The notes under the pieces were generated by a model. It was given only the letters and a program-made list of their open reading frames with translations. It was not told the origin of the DNA and searched no databases. The translations under genes were made by a program, and so were the position numbers. A stretch of 64,000 bases of DNA from an archaeon (lineage in GTDB: Archaea; Thermoproteota; Nitrososphaeria; Conexivisphaerales; UBA164): NCBI GenBank assembly GCA_021792955.1, contig JAJYTP010000004.1, positions 13,951 to 77,950 on the forward strand, given 5' to 3'. Position 1 is the stretch's first letter. Every line of letters starts with the position of its first letter. Shown here one piece after another: positions 1 through 10,232 of the stretch.

Positions 1-279
1 ACTCATCATTATATAGTTAAGCCACCCCTCCAGCATACCCAGTGGGAGTTCGTGCTCACCATCCTCGTCTACACTTCTGTATGAGTTGAATATTACATCA
101 GCGCCTGCAACGTTTCCGCTAATTTTCACTGAACCCGAAGATCCAAGCCTATCGAGGGCGCTTGACATGTGCGAGTTGAAGGTAACCGTAACGATATCGC
201 CCTTTACCTCGTATGATAAGGAATCTGCATTACTGTCCAGGAATCTTTTAAAAATGGAGTAGTTCAGTTTGAAGTTCAA
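1..279 (-). CDS. hypothetical protein, partial (runs off window edge)
   Basis: Open frame from TTG at 279 (overlapping the korB TGA stop) to the window edge: MNFKLNYSIFKRFLDSNADSLSYEVKGDIV...; no stop in 93 codons. Confidence 0.6.
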   Translation of the reverse strand, partial: MNFKLNYSIFKRFLDSNADSLSYEVKGDIVTVTFNSHMSSALDRLGSSGSVKISGNVAGADVIFNSYRSVDEDGEHELPLGMLEGWLNYIMMS

Positions 280-1136
280 CTGAACTCATATTCAAGTTCC
301 CTGAGAGTTTCTGAATTGAGCGGTGTTACGCTTTTGCTTGCCCATCTTCCATCCCCTATCTGTTCCTTGAGCATTTCCTGAAATGATGGTTTAGTTTCAT
401 CTCTGTAGAAGATTCCCAATGGGAGCCTTTCCTCGTCCTTAGCTGCCTTCATAGCAGCATAGAAATCGGCGGGGTTATGCCCTTTGTCCTCCAGTTTATA
501 CATCAGCTTTCTCACTTCATCATATATATCATACCATGTAACACATGGGCTCAGCACATCCACCAATGCGAACCCCCTATGCTTTATCGCCTCCTGAATC
601 AACATGGACAGATGTTTTGGCTGCCCTGAAAATCCCCTTGCTACGAACGTGGCACCATCACCGATCAGCGCAGCGAGCGGGTTCAGCGGGTAAATTATGC
701 TTCCGGAGGGTGATGTCTTGGTGACCTGTTTTAACCGAGATGTGGGGGAGAGCTGTCCAGTAGTGAGGCCGTAAATTTCGTTGTTCATGACTATAACCTT
801 GATATCATCATTTCTCCTGGCAGCGTGTATCATGTGGTTGAAGCCTATGCCGTATTCATCTCCATCTCCAGCTGTGACCAGGACGGTGAGGTTGGGGTTT
901 GCATCCTTCATACCTATTGCTACCGGAATGGGCCTGCCGTGCAGGCCGTGAAAGCCATAGGTCCTTATAAATCCAGGGAAATTGCTTGAACAGCCTATGC
1001 CACTGGATATAACTACATTGTGTGGCGGAATATTAAGTGTTGCCAGGGCGTCCTTTACCGCGGCTAATACGCCAAAGTCACCACAGCCGGGGCACCAGTC
1101 GGGCCTTGTATCGCTTTCGTAGGCCTTAATGGACAT
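276..1136 (-). CDS. korB: 2-oxoacid:ferredoxin oxidoreductase beta subunit
   Basis: WCPGCGD, GIGCS, LHGR and GDGD TPP motifs, YGLTTGQ; directly follows the alpha subunit. Confidence 0.95.
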   Translation of the reverse strand: MSIKAYESDTRPDWCPGCGDFGVLAAVKDALATLNIPPHNVVISSGIGCSSNFPGFIRTYGFHGLHGRPIPVAIGMKDANPNLTVLVTAGDGDEYGIGFNHMIHAARRNDDIKVIVMNNEIYGLTTGQLSPTSRLKQVTKTSPSGSIIYPLNPLAALIGDGATFVARGFSGQPKHLSMLIQEAIKHRGFALVDVLSPCVTWYDIYDEVRKLMYKLEDKGHNPADFYAAMKAAKDEERLPLGIFYRDETKPSFQEMLKEQIGDGRWASKSVTPLNSETLRELEYEFS

Positions 1137-2907
1137 GACTTTCTACCTCCTTCACCATGATGTTACGAACCATCCGCTCGACCTCCACCGGATATATTGG
1201 TTCGCCGTTGTATTTTAGCAGCGCGTCCTTGATGTCTATTCCGGTCTCCTTCCTCAGCAACCCGCCGAACTGAGAAGTATAGTTAGCCTCCACTATCATA
1301 AGCCTTTCGGCAGATTTTAGAAGCGGTACTACTGCCTGTGTATTTAATGGATATATATCGGAGAACTCCAGCGCATTTATCTTCAGGCCGCTTGAATTCA
1401 TAACTTCCATAGCCTCTCTTACCGGGTTAGCTGAACTTCCCCAGCTTACAATGGTAAGGTCAGCCTTGGTCTGACCAACGAGTTCCGGCGCTTTCATCTC
1501 AGCCTTTAACTGTTCCATTTTTTTCATCCTCTTTTCCTGCATCTTCTCTCTCATAAGCACCGATTCCTTGAGGCCGGCCAGCACATCACTTAGGTCGTGC
1601 CCCCATTCATCGTGTTCATCGGTCTTCGCTACATACATCATATCCGGTGTCCCTGGTAATGACCTAGGAGATATGTTATCGGGAGTCAGCTGGTACCTCC
1701 TGAACCACGTGCCATTATGAAGCTCCTTATCTGTGCCGTCAGAATTAAGAAGCTTTCCCCTGTTTATGTCGACTGGCTTGAAATCATGGTCTATGGTCAT
1801 GTATCCACCATCAGCTATCTGAAAATCCAACAACACCATCACCGGTATCTGGTACCTTTCCGCGATATCGAACGACCTCACGGCTATGTCGTATGCGTCT
1901 GGAGCGTTCCTTGGAGCAAATATTGCCCTGGGAAAGTCATCCTGAGAGATGCCCAGCATCATGTTGAGGTCACCCTGTGAAGTCTTTGTTGGCAGCCCAG
2001 TGCTTGGACCAGTGCGCATTACATTTACTACAACAACCGGTGTTTCGGTCATGGCAGCCTCCCCTACGGCCTCCTGCATCAGAGCGAATCCACCGCCACT
2101 CGTAGCGCACATCGCCCTAGCCCCAGCGTGTGCAGCGCCTATGGTGGCATTCATGACGGATATTTCATCCTCCCCCAAGAAAACCGTTATTCCGAGCTTC
2201 TTTGCATGGGCGGTCATCCAGTGCACTATAGGACTGGCTGGCGACATGGGATAAGCGGCGTAGAACCTGCACCCGGCAGCCACCGCTCCTATTGAAAATG
2301 TGTAATTGGCGTGTAAGAATGGAAGCCTTTTATCGGAATATTTTAAGGCCTTCCTGACGCCTGCCTGCACCCCGAATCCATATCCCTCCTTTGCAGCTTC
2401 TACGTTCTTTTTCGCAATTTCAGGTTTTTTGGCGAACTGTGACGTTATAGTTTCTTCAACCACATCAAAGCCCAGCCCTATCAGGGCCGCCACTTCAGCT
2501 ACGGCGACCGTGTTTTTCATTATGGGGTATTTATCATACTTCAGGGCCGTAGCAAGGAACGGCGACTTAATCTGAGATATATCCGCCCCCAGATCTCGTG
2601 CAGTTACAGCTGATGGATCATAGATTATGGTTCCTCCCTTGTTAACTGAAGAATAATGCTCATCGTACGCTAGCTGGGTGAAAGGTAACAGATAATCCAC
2701 CCCGTACCCCATGCTGTAGACCGGGTGAGTACCAGCATGCACGTGGAACCATACATGGCCGCCCCTGATCGCGGACTGATTGCCATTAAATGTGGATATG
2801 TATGTACCACTTCTGGAAAGCAATTTGGCTAAAATTTCACCTGCGCTCTGAATACCGTCGCCCGCAGCTGCCCCCAACCTTATTGTAATGTCCTTAACTT
2901 CTTGCAT
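1126..2907 (-). CDS. korA: 2-oxoacid:ferredoxin oxidoreductase alpha subunit (gamma-alpha fusion)
   Basis: GAAGDGI, IRGGH, YPMSP, EDEI, TSGGG and GPSTGLPT motifs. Confidence 0.95.
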   Translation of the reverse strand: MQEVKDITIRLGAAAGDGIQSAGEILAKLLSRSGTYISTFNGNQSAIRGGHVWFHVHAGTHPVYSMGYGVDYLLPFTQLAYDEHYSSVNKGGTIIYDPSAVTARDLGADISQIKSPFLATALKYDKYPIMKNTVAVAEVAALIGLGFDVVEETITSQFAKKPEIAKKNVEAAKEGYGFGVQAGVRKALKYSDKRLPFLHANYTFSIGAVAAGCRFYAAYPMSPASPIVHWMTAHAKKLGITVFLGEDEISVMNATIGAAHAGARAMCATSGGGFALMQEAVGEAAMTETPVVVVNVMRTGPSTGLPTKTSQGDLNMMLGISQDDFPRAIFAPRNAPDAYDIAVRSFDIAERYQIPVMVLLDFQIADGGYMTIDHDFKPVDINRGKLLNSDGTDKELHNGTWFRRYQLTPDNISPRSLPGTPDMMYVAKTDEHDEWGHDLSDVLAGLKESVLMREKMQEKRMKKMEQLKAEMKAPELVGQTKADLTIVSWGSSANPVREAMEVMNSSGLKINALEFSDIYPLNTQAVVPLLKSAERLMIVEANYTSQFGGLLRKETGIDIKDALLKYNGEPIYPVEVERMVRNIMVKEVESHVH

Positions 2908-3030
2908 AAGGATGAGCCATTTATGTCATTAATATATTTTTATTAGACTTTTAATGTTGAGGCCCGTGGAATCGGAAAACAAATAAAATTGCTGCTCCAA
3001 TCTTTTATACCGGCATTCCAAATTGATGGT

Positions 3031-3714
3031 ATGAAGGTTAAACTGCTCGCCTTGGACGTGGATGGAACGATCACCGATGAAGATAACTCCGTAGACCTAG
3101 ATGCGGTGTTCACCATAAAAAACGTCACAAAAATGGGCCTTAGGCCGATCTTCATAACCGGCAGGAGCCTCTGGGAAGCTTACTCCTTAACGGCCTTTAT
3201 TGGATTAGAAAGGATAGGCGCCGCAGAGAACGGCGGCGTTATATTCTACAGGTCTCCACATAACGTGCTCCTGCTGGGCGACCTTGCAGAGCCTACTAGG
3301 GCTCTGGAGGCCCTGTCCAAGGAGCTTGATATCACCATAAGAAATACGATGCCGAGATTTACGGAGATAACGCTGGAACGTCCTGTCGATATCAACCTAG
3401 CCAATGAGATACTGGAGAAAAACGGCATAAGGGCGAGGGCGCTTGATAGTGGCTATGCGGTGCACCTGGTTAATGACACGGTAAACAAGGGGATCGCGTT
3501 AGAACGCATCATGAAATTGTTACAAGTTAGCAGGAATGAAACTGCAAGCATTGGGGACAGCGTGATAGACATTCCAATGTTCAAGGCATCTTCAATATCC
3601 TTTGCCGTTTCTAACTCCTCAGAATACGTAAAGAAGGAGGCCTCATACGTCACCAGTGGGAGGTCGGGCAAGGGAGTGGTGGAGGCCATATCGAAGTTGT
3701 TGGCATATGAGTGA
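3031..3714 (+). CDS. HAD IIB phosphoglycolate phosphatase (TA0175 type)
   Basis: DVDGT, TGR, ENGG, NKG and GDSxxD motifs; ATG 3031 preferred to TTG 2989 because TTTTATA lies about 25 nt upstream. Confidence 0.85.
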   Translation: MKVKLLALDVDGTITDEDNSVDLDAVFTIKNVTKMGLRPIFITGRSLWEAYSLTAFIGLERIGAAENGGVIFYRSPHNVLLLGDLAEPTRALEALSKELDITIRNTMPRFTEITLERPVDINLANEILEKNGIRARALDSGYAVHLVNDTVNKGIALERIMKLLQVSRNETASIGDSVIDIPMFKASSISFAVSNSSEYVKKEASYVTSGRSGKGVVEAISKLLAYE

Positions 3715-3762
3715 GTCCTCCGTTTAGTTTAAAAATAGCCAGCGGCCCACCAATTATGATAA

Positions 3763-5619
3763 ATGGTGACCTTCCTTAGGCTTTATAACGATATATCAAA
3801 GGCCATTGCGGATAGCCTTAAGGATTTAGGCGTTACTGTAGATTTTTCATTGTTTCAGCCCTCTGATGACGGCCACGGCGACCTGAGCACCAATGTCTAT
3901 TTTCTGTTATCCAAGTCCGGCAATCGTGATGAAGCATTAGCTGAGAACCTGATTAAGGAGATAAAGCAAAGGGCTGGCCCTATCGTAAGCGTCGAACGTC
4001 ATTCATCAGGTTACATAAATTTCAGGCTAAATCCATCAGCCCTTGACGAGTTTCTTAATACTGTTATCAGGGAAGCGGGTTTTCCCATGGAACCTATTTC
4101 AAGGCAGAGGGTCACCATAGAGCATACCGCCGTTAACCCAAATAAGGCGCTACACGTCGGGCATGCCAGAAATCTAGTGCTGGGCGATGTTATGTACCGC
4201 AGTTTAAAGAGGGGGGGCTGGGATGTAGAAGTCCTGAATTACATAGACGATACCGGTGTGCAGATCGCGGATATCATATTGGGGTTCAAAGAGCTGGGGT
4301 TCAGCCTAGACCCAGCTGGCAAGAAGTTCGACCACTATTGTGGTGATGATGTATACGTTGGAGTAAATAGGGCATTGGAGTCCGATGAAGGGCTGAGGGG
4401 GAAGAGGTCGCTCATATTACGGGAGCTGGAGGATGGCGGGCCGATTTCATCCTTTGCGGCACAATTAGTTAAAAGGATACTCGATGAGGAATTAAAGACC
4501 AGCTGGGCGCTAGGCGCTCATTATGACCTGCTTAACTGGGAAAGCCACTTTTTATTGGGTGGATACTGGAGAGACATGTTTGACCTGCTGCTGGAGAAGG
4601 GCCTAATAGTCAAGGAAACGAGCGGGAAGTATCAGGGCTGCTGGGTACTAACTGGCGATAACGGCGAAAATAAGGTGCTGGTAAGGAGCGATGGAACTGC
4701 CGTCTACACCGCAAAGGACCTTGCATATGCCGGCTGGAAGCTAGGCCTTCTAAATGACCATATGGGCTACGATGTTTACGCCAGACAACCGGATGGCACG
4801 AATCTCCTTACCACTACACTGGGCGCATCAAGCGCTAACGCTGGATTCAGGGCTGCTGATGAAACTATAATAGTGATAGGGCAGGAACAGCGACCGATAC
4901 AGGAGATGATAGCCCACACCATTGAGCGGATCGATAAAAGGAAGAGATATAGGATTTTGGCATATGGGGCGGTCGCGCTGAGCAACGATACCGCTACAAG
5001 GATGGGTTTCAAGGTTGAAGGTTCCATAGCCCACATGTCCGGTAGGAGCGGCCTTTACATAAACGTGGATGACCTTCTATCACTGCTTGAGAAGACGGCG
5101 CTTGAAGAGGTGGAGAACAGAAACCCCAGCGCGATCGACAAGCCGGAAATAGCCAGGGGGGTAGCGCTCGGGGCTATAAGGTACTCGATACTCAGGCAGG
5201 ACCTGGATAAGCTGATGGTCCTCGATATGGAATCAGCTCTGCGGCTGGATGGAGATACCGGCCCATATATTCAATACACACTAGCTCGCGCTAAAAAGAT
5301 ATTAAGGAAGGTTGGAGAACCAGCGGGGGCCGTTTATATTGAGCATGTTTTAAGCGTAGAGGAAAGAAATCTGTTGATCCTCCTCTTCAAATACGATTAT
5401 GTATTAAAGGACGTTATAGACAATTTAACCCCTAACAAGCTCGCAATATATGCACGGAAGTTGGCCGTATCATTCAACACGTTCTATGAAAGAAGGAGGA
5501 TATTGGGGGAACCCGACGCCCAGACGCGAAATTCAAGGTTGGCAATTGTCAAAGCATACGAATTAATTATGGGTGATATCCTCGGTGTGCTGGGGCTGCC
5601 AGTGCTGGAAGAGATGTAG
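3763..5619 (+). CDS. argS: arginine--tRNA ligase
   Basis: EHTAVNPNKALHVGH (HIGH), MSGR and GDTGPYIQY motifs, DALR-type C-terminus. Confidence 0.95.
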   Translation: MVTFLRLYNDISKAIADSLKDLGVTVDFSLFQPSDDGHGDLSTNVYFLLSKSGNRDEALAENLIKEIKQRAGPIVSVERHSSGYINFRLNPSALDEFLNTVIREAGFPMEPISRQRVTIEHTAVNPNKALHVGHARNLVLGDVMYRSLKRGGWDVEVLNYIDDTGVQIADIILGFKELGFSLDPAGKKFDHYCGDDVYVGVNRALESDEGLRGKRSLILRELEDGGPISSFAAQLVKRILDEELKTSWALGAHYDLLNWESHFLLGGYWRDMFDLLLEKGLIVKETSGKYQGCWVLTGDNGENKVLVRSDGTAVYTAKDLAYAGWKLGLLNDHMGYDVYARQPDGTNLLTTTLGASSANAGFRAADETIIVIGQEQRPIQEMIAHTIERIDKRKRYRILAYGAVALSNDTATRMGFKVEGSIAHMSGRSGLYINVDDLLSLLEKTALEEVENRNPSAIDKPEIARGVALGAIRYSILRQDLDKLMVLDMESALRLDGDTGPYIQYTLARAKKILRKVGEPAGAVYIEHVLSVEERNLLILLFKYDYVLKDVIDNLTPNKLAIYARKLAVSFNTFYERRRILGEPDAQTRNSRLAIVKAYELIMGDILGVLGLPVLEEM

Positions 5620-5875
5620 CTTCCCTCCGGTCGCAGTTCAGGAGTATTCTTATATAATTAAAATAAGCGCTCCGTTGTCTTCGGCAACGGCCTACCCAAC
5701 ACTGTGAGCTGGGCATTCGTTGTGCCTGTAATTCCAACTTGATGCTGGCCATGGTCAGGAATTTTTTAATAAGTTATGACGTTTAACCGTTTTAGATTAA
5801 AACCTTATGGCGTTGCACTGCCGCCATTCTTCTGCCATCATCTTTATAAATAGTCCTTTCTATGTTTGATGTATT

Positions 5876-6472
5876 ATGATGAATCAATACTTCCCCGGCG
5901 CAACGGTTGTGGGCATAGCCTTTAACGAAGGCGCAATATTAGCTGCGGAAAGGAGGTACACATATGGTAATTATATAGTTAGCAAAAACGTTCAAAAGGT
6001 GTTTCCAATCACAGATAACACCGCTGCCGCCTGTGCAGGTATGCTGGGCGATATGCAGGTGCTGGTTAGGAACGTGCAGTCCTTGATCAAAATAAAGCAG
6101 TTGGAGACGAGGCGCGTGCTCGGGCCCGGTGCCATAGCTAAGCTCATGTCCGTGCTTATGTTCCAGAACAGGATGTTCCCGTTACTAACTCAGGTTATAG
6201 TGGGCGGTTTCGATAAGAAGACGGAAATATATGTGCTAGATCCAATAGGCTCTATAATTCCAGACAAATACTCATCGGTGGGCACTGGAGAGGCAATCGC
6301 CATAGGCGTAATAGAGAATGAGTATAGCCCAACCATAACTAAGGATCAGGCTGAAACATTAGCGGTAAAGGCCATCAAGTCAGCAATACAAAGGGATTCT
6401 ACGAGCGGTGACGGTGTGGACCTCCTAGTAATAACCAAAAACGGAATGGAAAGCAAATCGATCAGCTTCTAA
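5876..6472 (+). CDS. psmB: proteasome beta subunit (Ala in place of catalytic Thr1)
   Basis: PGATVVG, AERR, QKVF, GTG and RDSTSGDG Ntn-hydrolase motifs. Confidence 0.9.
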   Translation: MMNQYFPGATVVGIAFNEGAILAAERRYTYGNYIVSKNVQKVFPITDNTAAACAGMLGDMQVLVRNVQSLIKIKQLETRRVLGPGAIAKLMSVLMFQNRMFPLLTQVIVGGFDKKTEIYVLDPIGSIIPDKYSSVGTGEAIAIGVIENEYSPTITKDQAETLAVKAIKSAIQRDSTSGDGVDLLVITKNGMESKSISF

Positions 6473-7062
6473 AAAATATCTAGCCTTTTTGGGTCGGCTA
6501 TGATGTTCCGCGTCTTGATGTGCGGATGTGGAGTAGTCAACCTTTTAACTTCAAATTTGAGCCCACGCTTCTGACCCTCAGATACCAGGTCCTCCTCCCT
6601 GTGGGATTGGTCGTATCCCAGTACTATGATGTCCGGTTTTATCAGTTCAACCGTCTTCATGATATCCTTTTCATCGCCAAGTATAGCTAGGTCTACGAAT
6701 TTAACAGACTGAACCAGTTCTAACCTGAGCTTTTCATCATGGATGGGTATTTTGTTCTTAAACCTTAAAACGTTGGCCTGGCGGGCCACGGATACAACCA
6801 GCACGTCGCCCTTGGATTTAGCGGTTTTTAACGTGTGGATATGCCCGGGGTGAATTACGTCGAAAACCCCACCTGTGAACACCACCCTTATCATTGACCG
6901 CCCAAGGGGTGTCAGATAGACCGATCCGTTTGAAGATTTTAGATAACCTTCGTCTATCAGGTGCTTTATTATAGCCCCTTCTGCCGGCTCCTGCTTGAGC
7001 CTTATCTTACCTAAATTCGAAATATATACCTTCGCTAGAATGCGTTTATAACGGTCATTCAT
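6469..7062 (-). CDS. ribL: FAD synthase (cytidylyltransferase family) with N-terminal winged-helix-like extension
   Basis: GGVFDVIHPGH, KPDIIVLGYDQ; ATG 7062 overlaps the L15e stop (ATGA). Confidence 0.75.
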   Translation of the reverse strand: MNDRYKRILAKVYISNLGKIRLKQEPAEGAIIKHLIDEGYLKSSNGSVYLTPLGRSMIRVVFTGGVFDVIHPGHIHTLKTAKSKGDVLVVSVARQANVLRFKNKIPIHDEKLRLELVQSVKFVDLAILGDEKDIMKTVELIKPDIIVLGYDQSHREEDLVSEGQKRGLKFEVKRLTTPHPHIKTRNIIADPKRLDIF

Positions 7063-7472
7063 TCGGGAAGGAGATGCTCGTCCTTGAGCACTACTTCGAA
7101 CCATTTATGATTGCCATCCTCTCCAAGGTAATAGGCACCCATCACTTTCATATTTTTGTATCTCTTTTTGACCCTCTCTATTGCTATCAACTTGGCGTTC
7201 CTTACCCCAGATATCTTCTTTGCGCCATAGTGTTTTGGCCGTCTCCCAGAGGTGGGGACGTGGATGTTCATGCCACCCTTTGAAACCTTCGCCATGACGG
7301 CTATGAATCCGCCCTTTGCCCGATAACCTATCTTCCTAGCCTTATCAAGCCTGATAGGCCTCTCTTCTCGGTGGATGGTGGGCTCGCTCCTCCATTTTAT
7401 CAGCAACGCCCTGTACTGCTCAGGTTTCTTGCTATAATATTCCTGCCAGGTCTTATCGAGATACCTATACAA
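7059..7472 (-). CDS. rpl15e: 50S ribosomal protein L15e (short form)
   Basis: RLDKARKIGYRAKGG, GRRPK and GEDGNHKWFEVVL motifs. Confidence 0.92.
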   Translation of the reverse strand: MYRYLDKTWQEYYSKKPEQYRALLIKWRSEPTIHREERPIRLDKARKIGYRAKGGFIAVMAKVSKGGMNIHVPTSGRRPKHYGAKKISGVRNAKLIAIERVKKRYKNMKVMGAYYLGEDGNHKWFEVVLKDEHLLPE

Positions 7473-7478
7473 AGATGA

Positions 7479-8396
7479 TCACCCGTTCAATACGTCGAGG
7501 ACCTTCTGGGCAGTTATGGTGGCCGCTGCTAGTTGTGCTTCGGTCGTTTCCCCTCCTATATGAGGGGTTAAAATCACGTTGGCCAGCGATAGTAGCTCCT
7601 TGCTGGTGGGCGGTTCGACTTCGTATACGTCCAACGCGGCGCCCTTTATCAATCCTGTTTTCAGCGCCTGCACCAGATCTTCCTGATCAACCACATCGCC
7701 CCTTGAGGCGTTTATAAGGTAGGCGTTCCTTTTCATTAGTCCCAATTTTTCCCTGTTGATCAGGTGCTTAGTCTCCGGGCTTGCTGGAACATGCAGTGTA
7801 ATGAAATCCGCCTCCTCTATGACGCTCAGTAAATCCTTCTGCTGCACACCAAGCTCATTCCTGGTCTTTTCATCTATGGGTATCACATCATAGGCCAGTA
7901 TCTTCATGTTCATGGCCTTAGCTATTCGCGCGACGCTCCTTCCTATTCTTCCAAATCCCACCACACCAAGGGTCTTTCCGGATAGCTCGGAGCCCATCAG
8001 TTCAGCCTTTGCCCAGACGCCGCTTTTCATAGTGCTGGTTGCCTTATAGATGTCCCTGGCCAGCGCTATCATGTCTCCTATTATCAGCTCAGCCACGGCG
8101 TTGGTGAGCGCTTCAGGCGCGTTAACCACTTTAATGTTTCTTGCTTCTGCGGCTTTCAGATCTATGTTATCCAGCCCCACACCGGCGCGCCCGATGACCT
8201 TTAGCCTTGAAGCCAACGATATTACATCCTGTCTGACCTTTGTCCTGCTTCTGACTATTACCCCATCATATCCGCCTATCACCGCCTTTAACTCTTCGGG
8301 GGTTATTGATGGCTTGTAATCAACTTCGACGCTACCTTTTTTTAACAGCTCCATTCCAGCCTTATCGAATTGATCGCAAATTAGTACCTTGGTCAA
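7479..8396 (-). CDS. D-2-hydroxyacid / D-3-phosphoglycerate dehydrogenase
   Basis: RAGVGLDNID, GFGRIG, NASRG, DVYEVEP and TPHIG motifs; no ACT domain. Confidence 0.88.
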   Translation of the reverse strand: MTKVLICDQFDKAGMELLKKGSVEVDYKPSITPEELKAVIGGYDGVIVRSRTKVRQDVISLASRLKVIGRAGVGLDNIDLKAAEARNIKVVNAPEALTNAVAELIIGDMIALARDIYKATSTMKSGVWAKAELMGSELSGKTLGVVGFGRIGRSVARIAKAMNMKILAYDVIPIDEKTRNELGVQQKDLLSVIEEADFITLHVPASPETKHLINREKLGLMKRNAYLINASRGDVVDQEDLVQALKTGLIKGAALDVYEVEPPTSKELLSLANVILTPHIGGETTEAQLAAATITAQKVLDVLNG

Positions 8397-8494
8397 TTTA
8401 ATCTCGCTAAGGTACTTTGCTTATATGCTTTTAACTGTATCGCGACTAAATCGACGACAGAATTATTAATCTGAATAAATACGATACCTATACT

Positions 8495-9559
8495 TTGACC
8501 GATTATCTTATGGAGCGTTATGCAAGGCAGTTGGTCCTTAAGGACATAGGCCCTGATGGGCAGGATAAGTTACACGGCGCAAGTGTAACCGTAGTAGGAG
8601 TGGGTGGGCTGGGTGCCTCCTCGGCGATGCTGCTGGCCAGGATGGGGGTAGGCACTCTATACCTGATAGATAGGGATCTGGTTTCATTGAGCGACCTACA
8701 CAGACAGTTCCTTTATGAAGAGGATGATATAGGGTTACCAAAGGTTTATGCCGCTGAGAAGCGTATAAAACGGTTTAACAGCGGAGTTACAGTATACCCC
8801 ATCGCTGCATCCCTGCAAAGCCAGATGGCGGCCGATGCCGTCGGGAAAGCCATGGTCATAGCCGACGGGCTCGATAGCATGCCACCGCGTTACTATCTAA
8901 ATAGGTTGGCTGTAAAATTGAGAAAGCCGTATGTCTTCGCGTCTGCCATCGAAACCTATGGCAACGTTAGCACAATATTGCCGGGCACCACGCCGTGCTT
9001 GGAGGAATTCTATGGAGGCCTGTATGATGCTGATCTTCCAAAATGCGCGGAAGTGGGCATTCACCCATCTATATTGAGCGTAATTTCGGGAATAGCCGTA
9101 GCTGAGACCATCAGTATACTTACTGGCAATCATCCGAGGCTGGCCGGGAAGCTACTGCTCGCAGACCTTCACGTGCCATCCACCGAAGTGGTGGAACTAA
9201 GCGTCAATAGGAGTTGCCCTGTGTGTAAAGAAGTTGATGGAGGGGGGATAAATCAACCCCCAGAGCTTAAATTTGAAAGGGTGGAGCTGGGCTGCTCACG
9301 CAACGGCCTTGGTACTTTCTTCATAAGAGGGAGAAATAAAGGTGGCTTGGACCTGAAGGTGGTGGAAGAAAGATTGAGGAAGGCTGGGTATCCGGTCTTA
9401 AGGAACGAACCTTCTTATATCTTGTTCAAAAGTGGTCCTGCCGATACCATCACAATTTTAAGGGGTGGCGACGCTATAGCACAGGTTTCAGGGCCTAATA
9501 CTGACCTCAAGTCCATCAAGAGAAGGTTGGAAGGTATATATGACGCGGTTGCAGGCTGA
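8495..9559 (+). CDS. ThiF/MoeB/UbaA-family adenylyltransferase with C-terminal extension
   Basis: RYARQ, GVGGLG, D..SLSDLHRQ, TPCL and CPVC motifs. Confidence 0.88.
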   Translation: MTDYLMERYARQLVLKDIGPDGQDKLHGASVTVVGVGGLGASSAMLLARMGVGTLYLIDRDLVSLSDLHRQFLYEEDDIGLPKVYAAEKRIKRFNSGVTVYPIAASLQSQMAADAVGKAMVIADGLDSMPPRYYLNRLAVKLRKPYVFASAIETYGNVSTILPGTTPCLEEFYGGLYDADLPKCAEVGIHPSILSVISGIAVAETISILTGNHPRLAGKLLLADLHVPSTEVVELSVNRSCPVCKEVDGGGINQPPELKFERVELGCSRNGLGTFFIRGRNKGGLDLKVVEERLRKAGYPVLRNEPSYILFKSGPADTITILRGGDAIAQVSGPNTDLKSIKRRLEGIYDAVAG

Positions 9560-10232
9560 ATTTATACTGACCTCCCTGAAAAGGGAGCTTCCAATAGATG
9601 AGACCAAGTTCACTATCCTTAAGGGGGAGGATCCATTTGAACTGCTCATCGCCACCGTTCTTAGCCAGAACACCAGTGACAGGAACAGCATGAAAGCCTT
9701 AAAAATTTTAAAGGAGAAAGTTGGTGCCGATCAGACCTCCCTGTTGCGTGCAAATTTAGCCGATATCGAGGCTGCAATAAAGGTAGGTGGGCTCTATCAT
9801 AACAAGGCAAGGACCATTAAAGCGCTTGCATCCAAGTTCCACGGTTTTAACTGGAGCTCCATGGACAATATGACGCAGAAAGACCTGAGGGAATTCCTAC
9901 TTAGCCTGCCGGGAATAGGCCCTAAGACGGCCGATATATTCCTGCTCTTCTACGCCAAACTTGGCGCCTTCCCTGTAGATACCCATATATCAAGAGTATC
10001 CAAGAGACTGGGAATAGCACGCAATGGTGATGGCTATGAGGAAACAACCGATGCGCTGAAACGATTTTTCAGCCCTGGTGATTACAGGTTGGCTCACTTG
10101 GAGTTAATCGCCCTGGGACGCAGGTTCTGTAGGGCCAGATATCCATTGTGTGATGAATGTCCGCTGCGTGGGGTATGCTCTTCCGCGTTTAAGCTCTCCA
10201 AACACCATCGAGCGCGTTTATCCAGGCATTAG
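9540..10232 (+). CDS. nth: endonuclease III
   Basis: LSQNTSD, LPGIGPKTA HhH, VDTH, and C-X6-C-X2-C-X5-C Fe-S motif. Confidence 0.9.
   Translation: MTRLQAEFILTSLKRELPIDETKFTILKGEDPFELLIATVLSQNTSDRNSMKALKILKEKVGADQTSLLRANLADIEAAIKVGGLYHNKARTIKALASKFHGFNWSSMDNMTQKDLREFLLSLPGIGPKTADIFLLFYAKLGAFPVDTHISRVSKRLGIARNGDGYEETTDALKRFFSPGDYRLAHLELIALGRRFCRARYPLCDECPLRGVCSSAFKLSKHHRARLSRH

Noticed and set aside
5688-5765. SRP RNA (Alu-like GCCTGTAA segment)
   Set aside because: No S domain (helix 8 motif) and far shorter than archaeal SRP RNA; kept only as a generic ncRNA candidate
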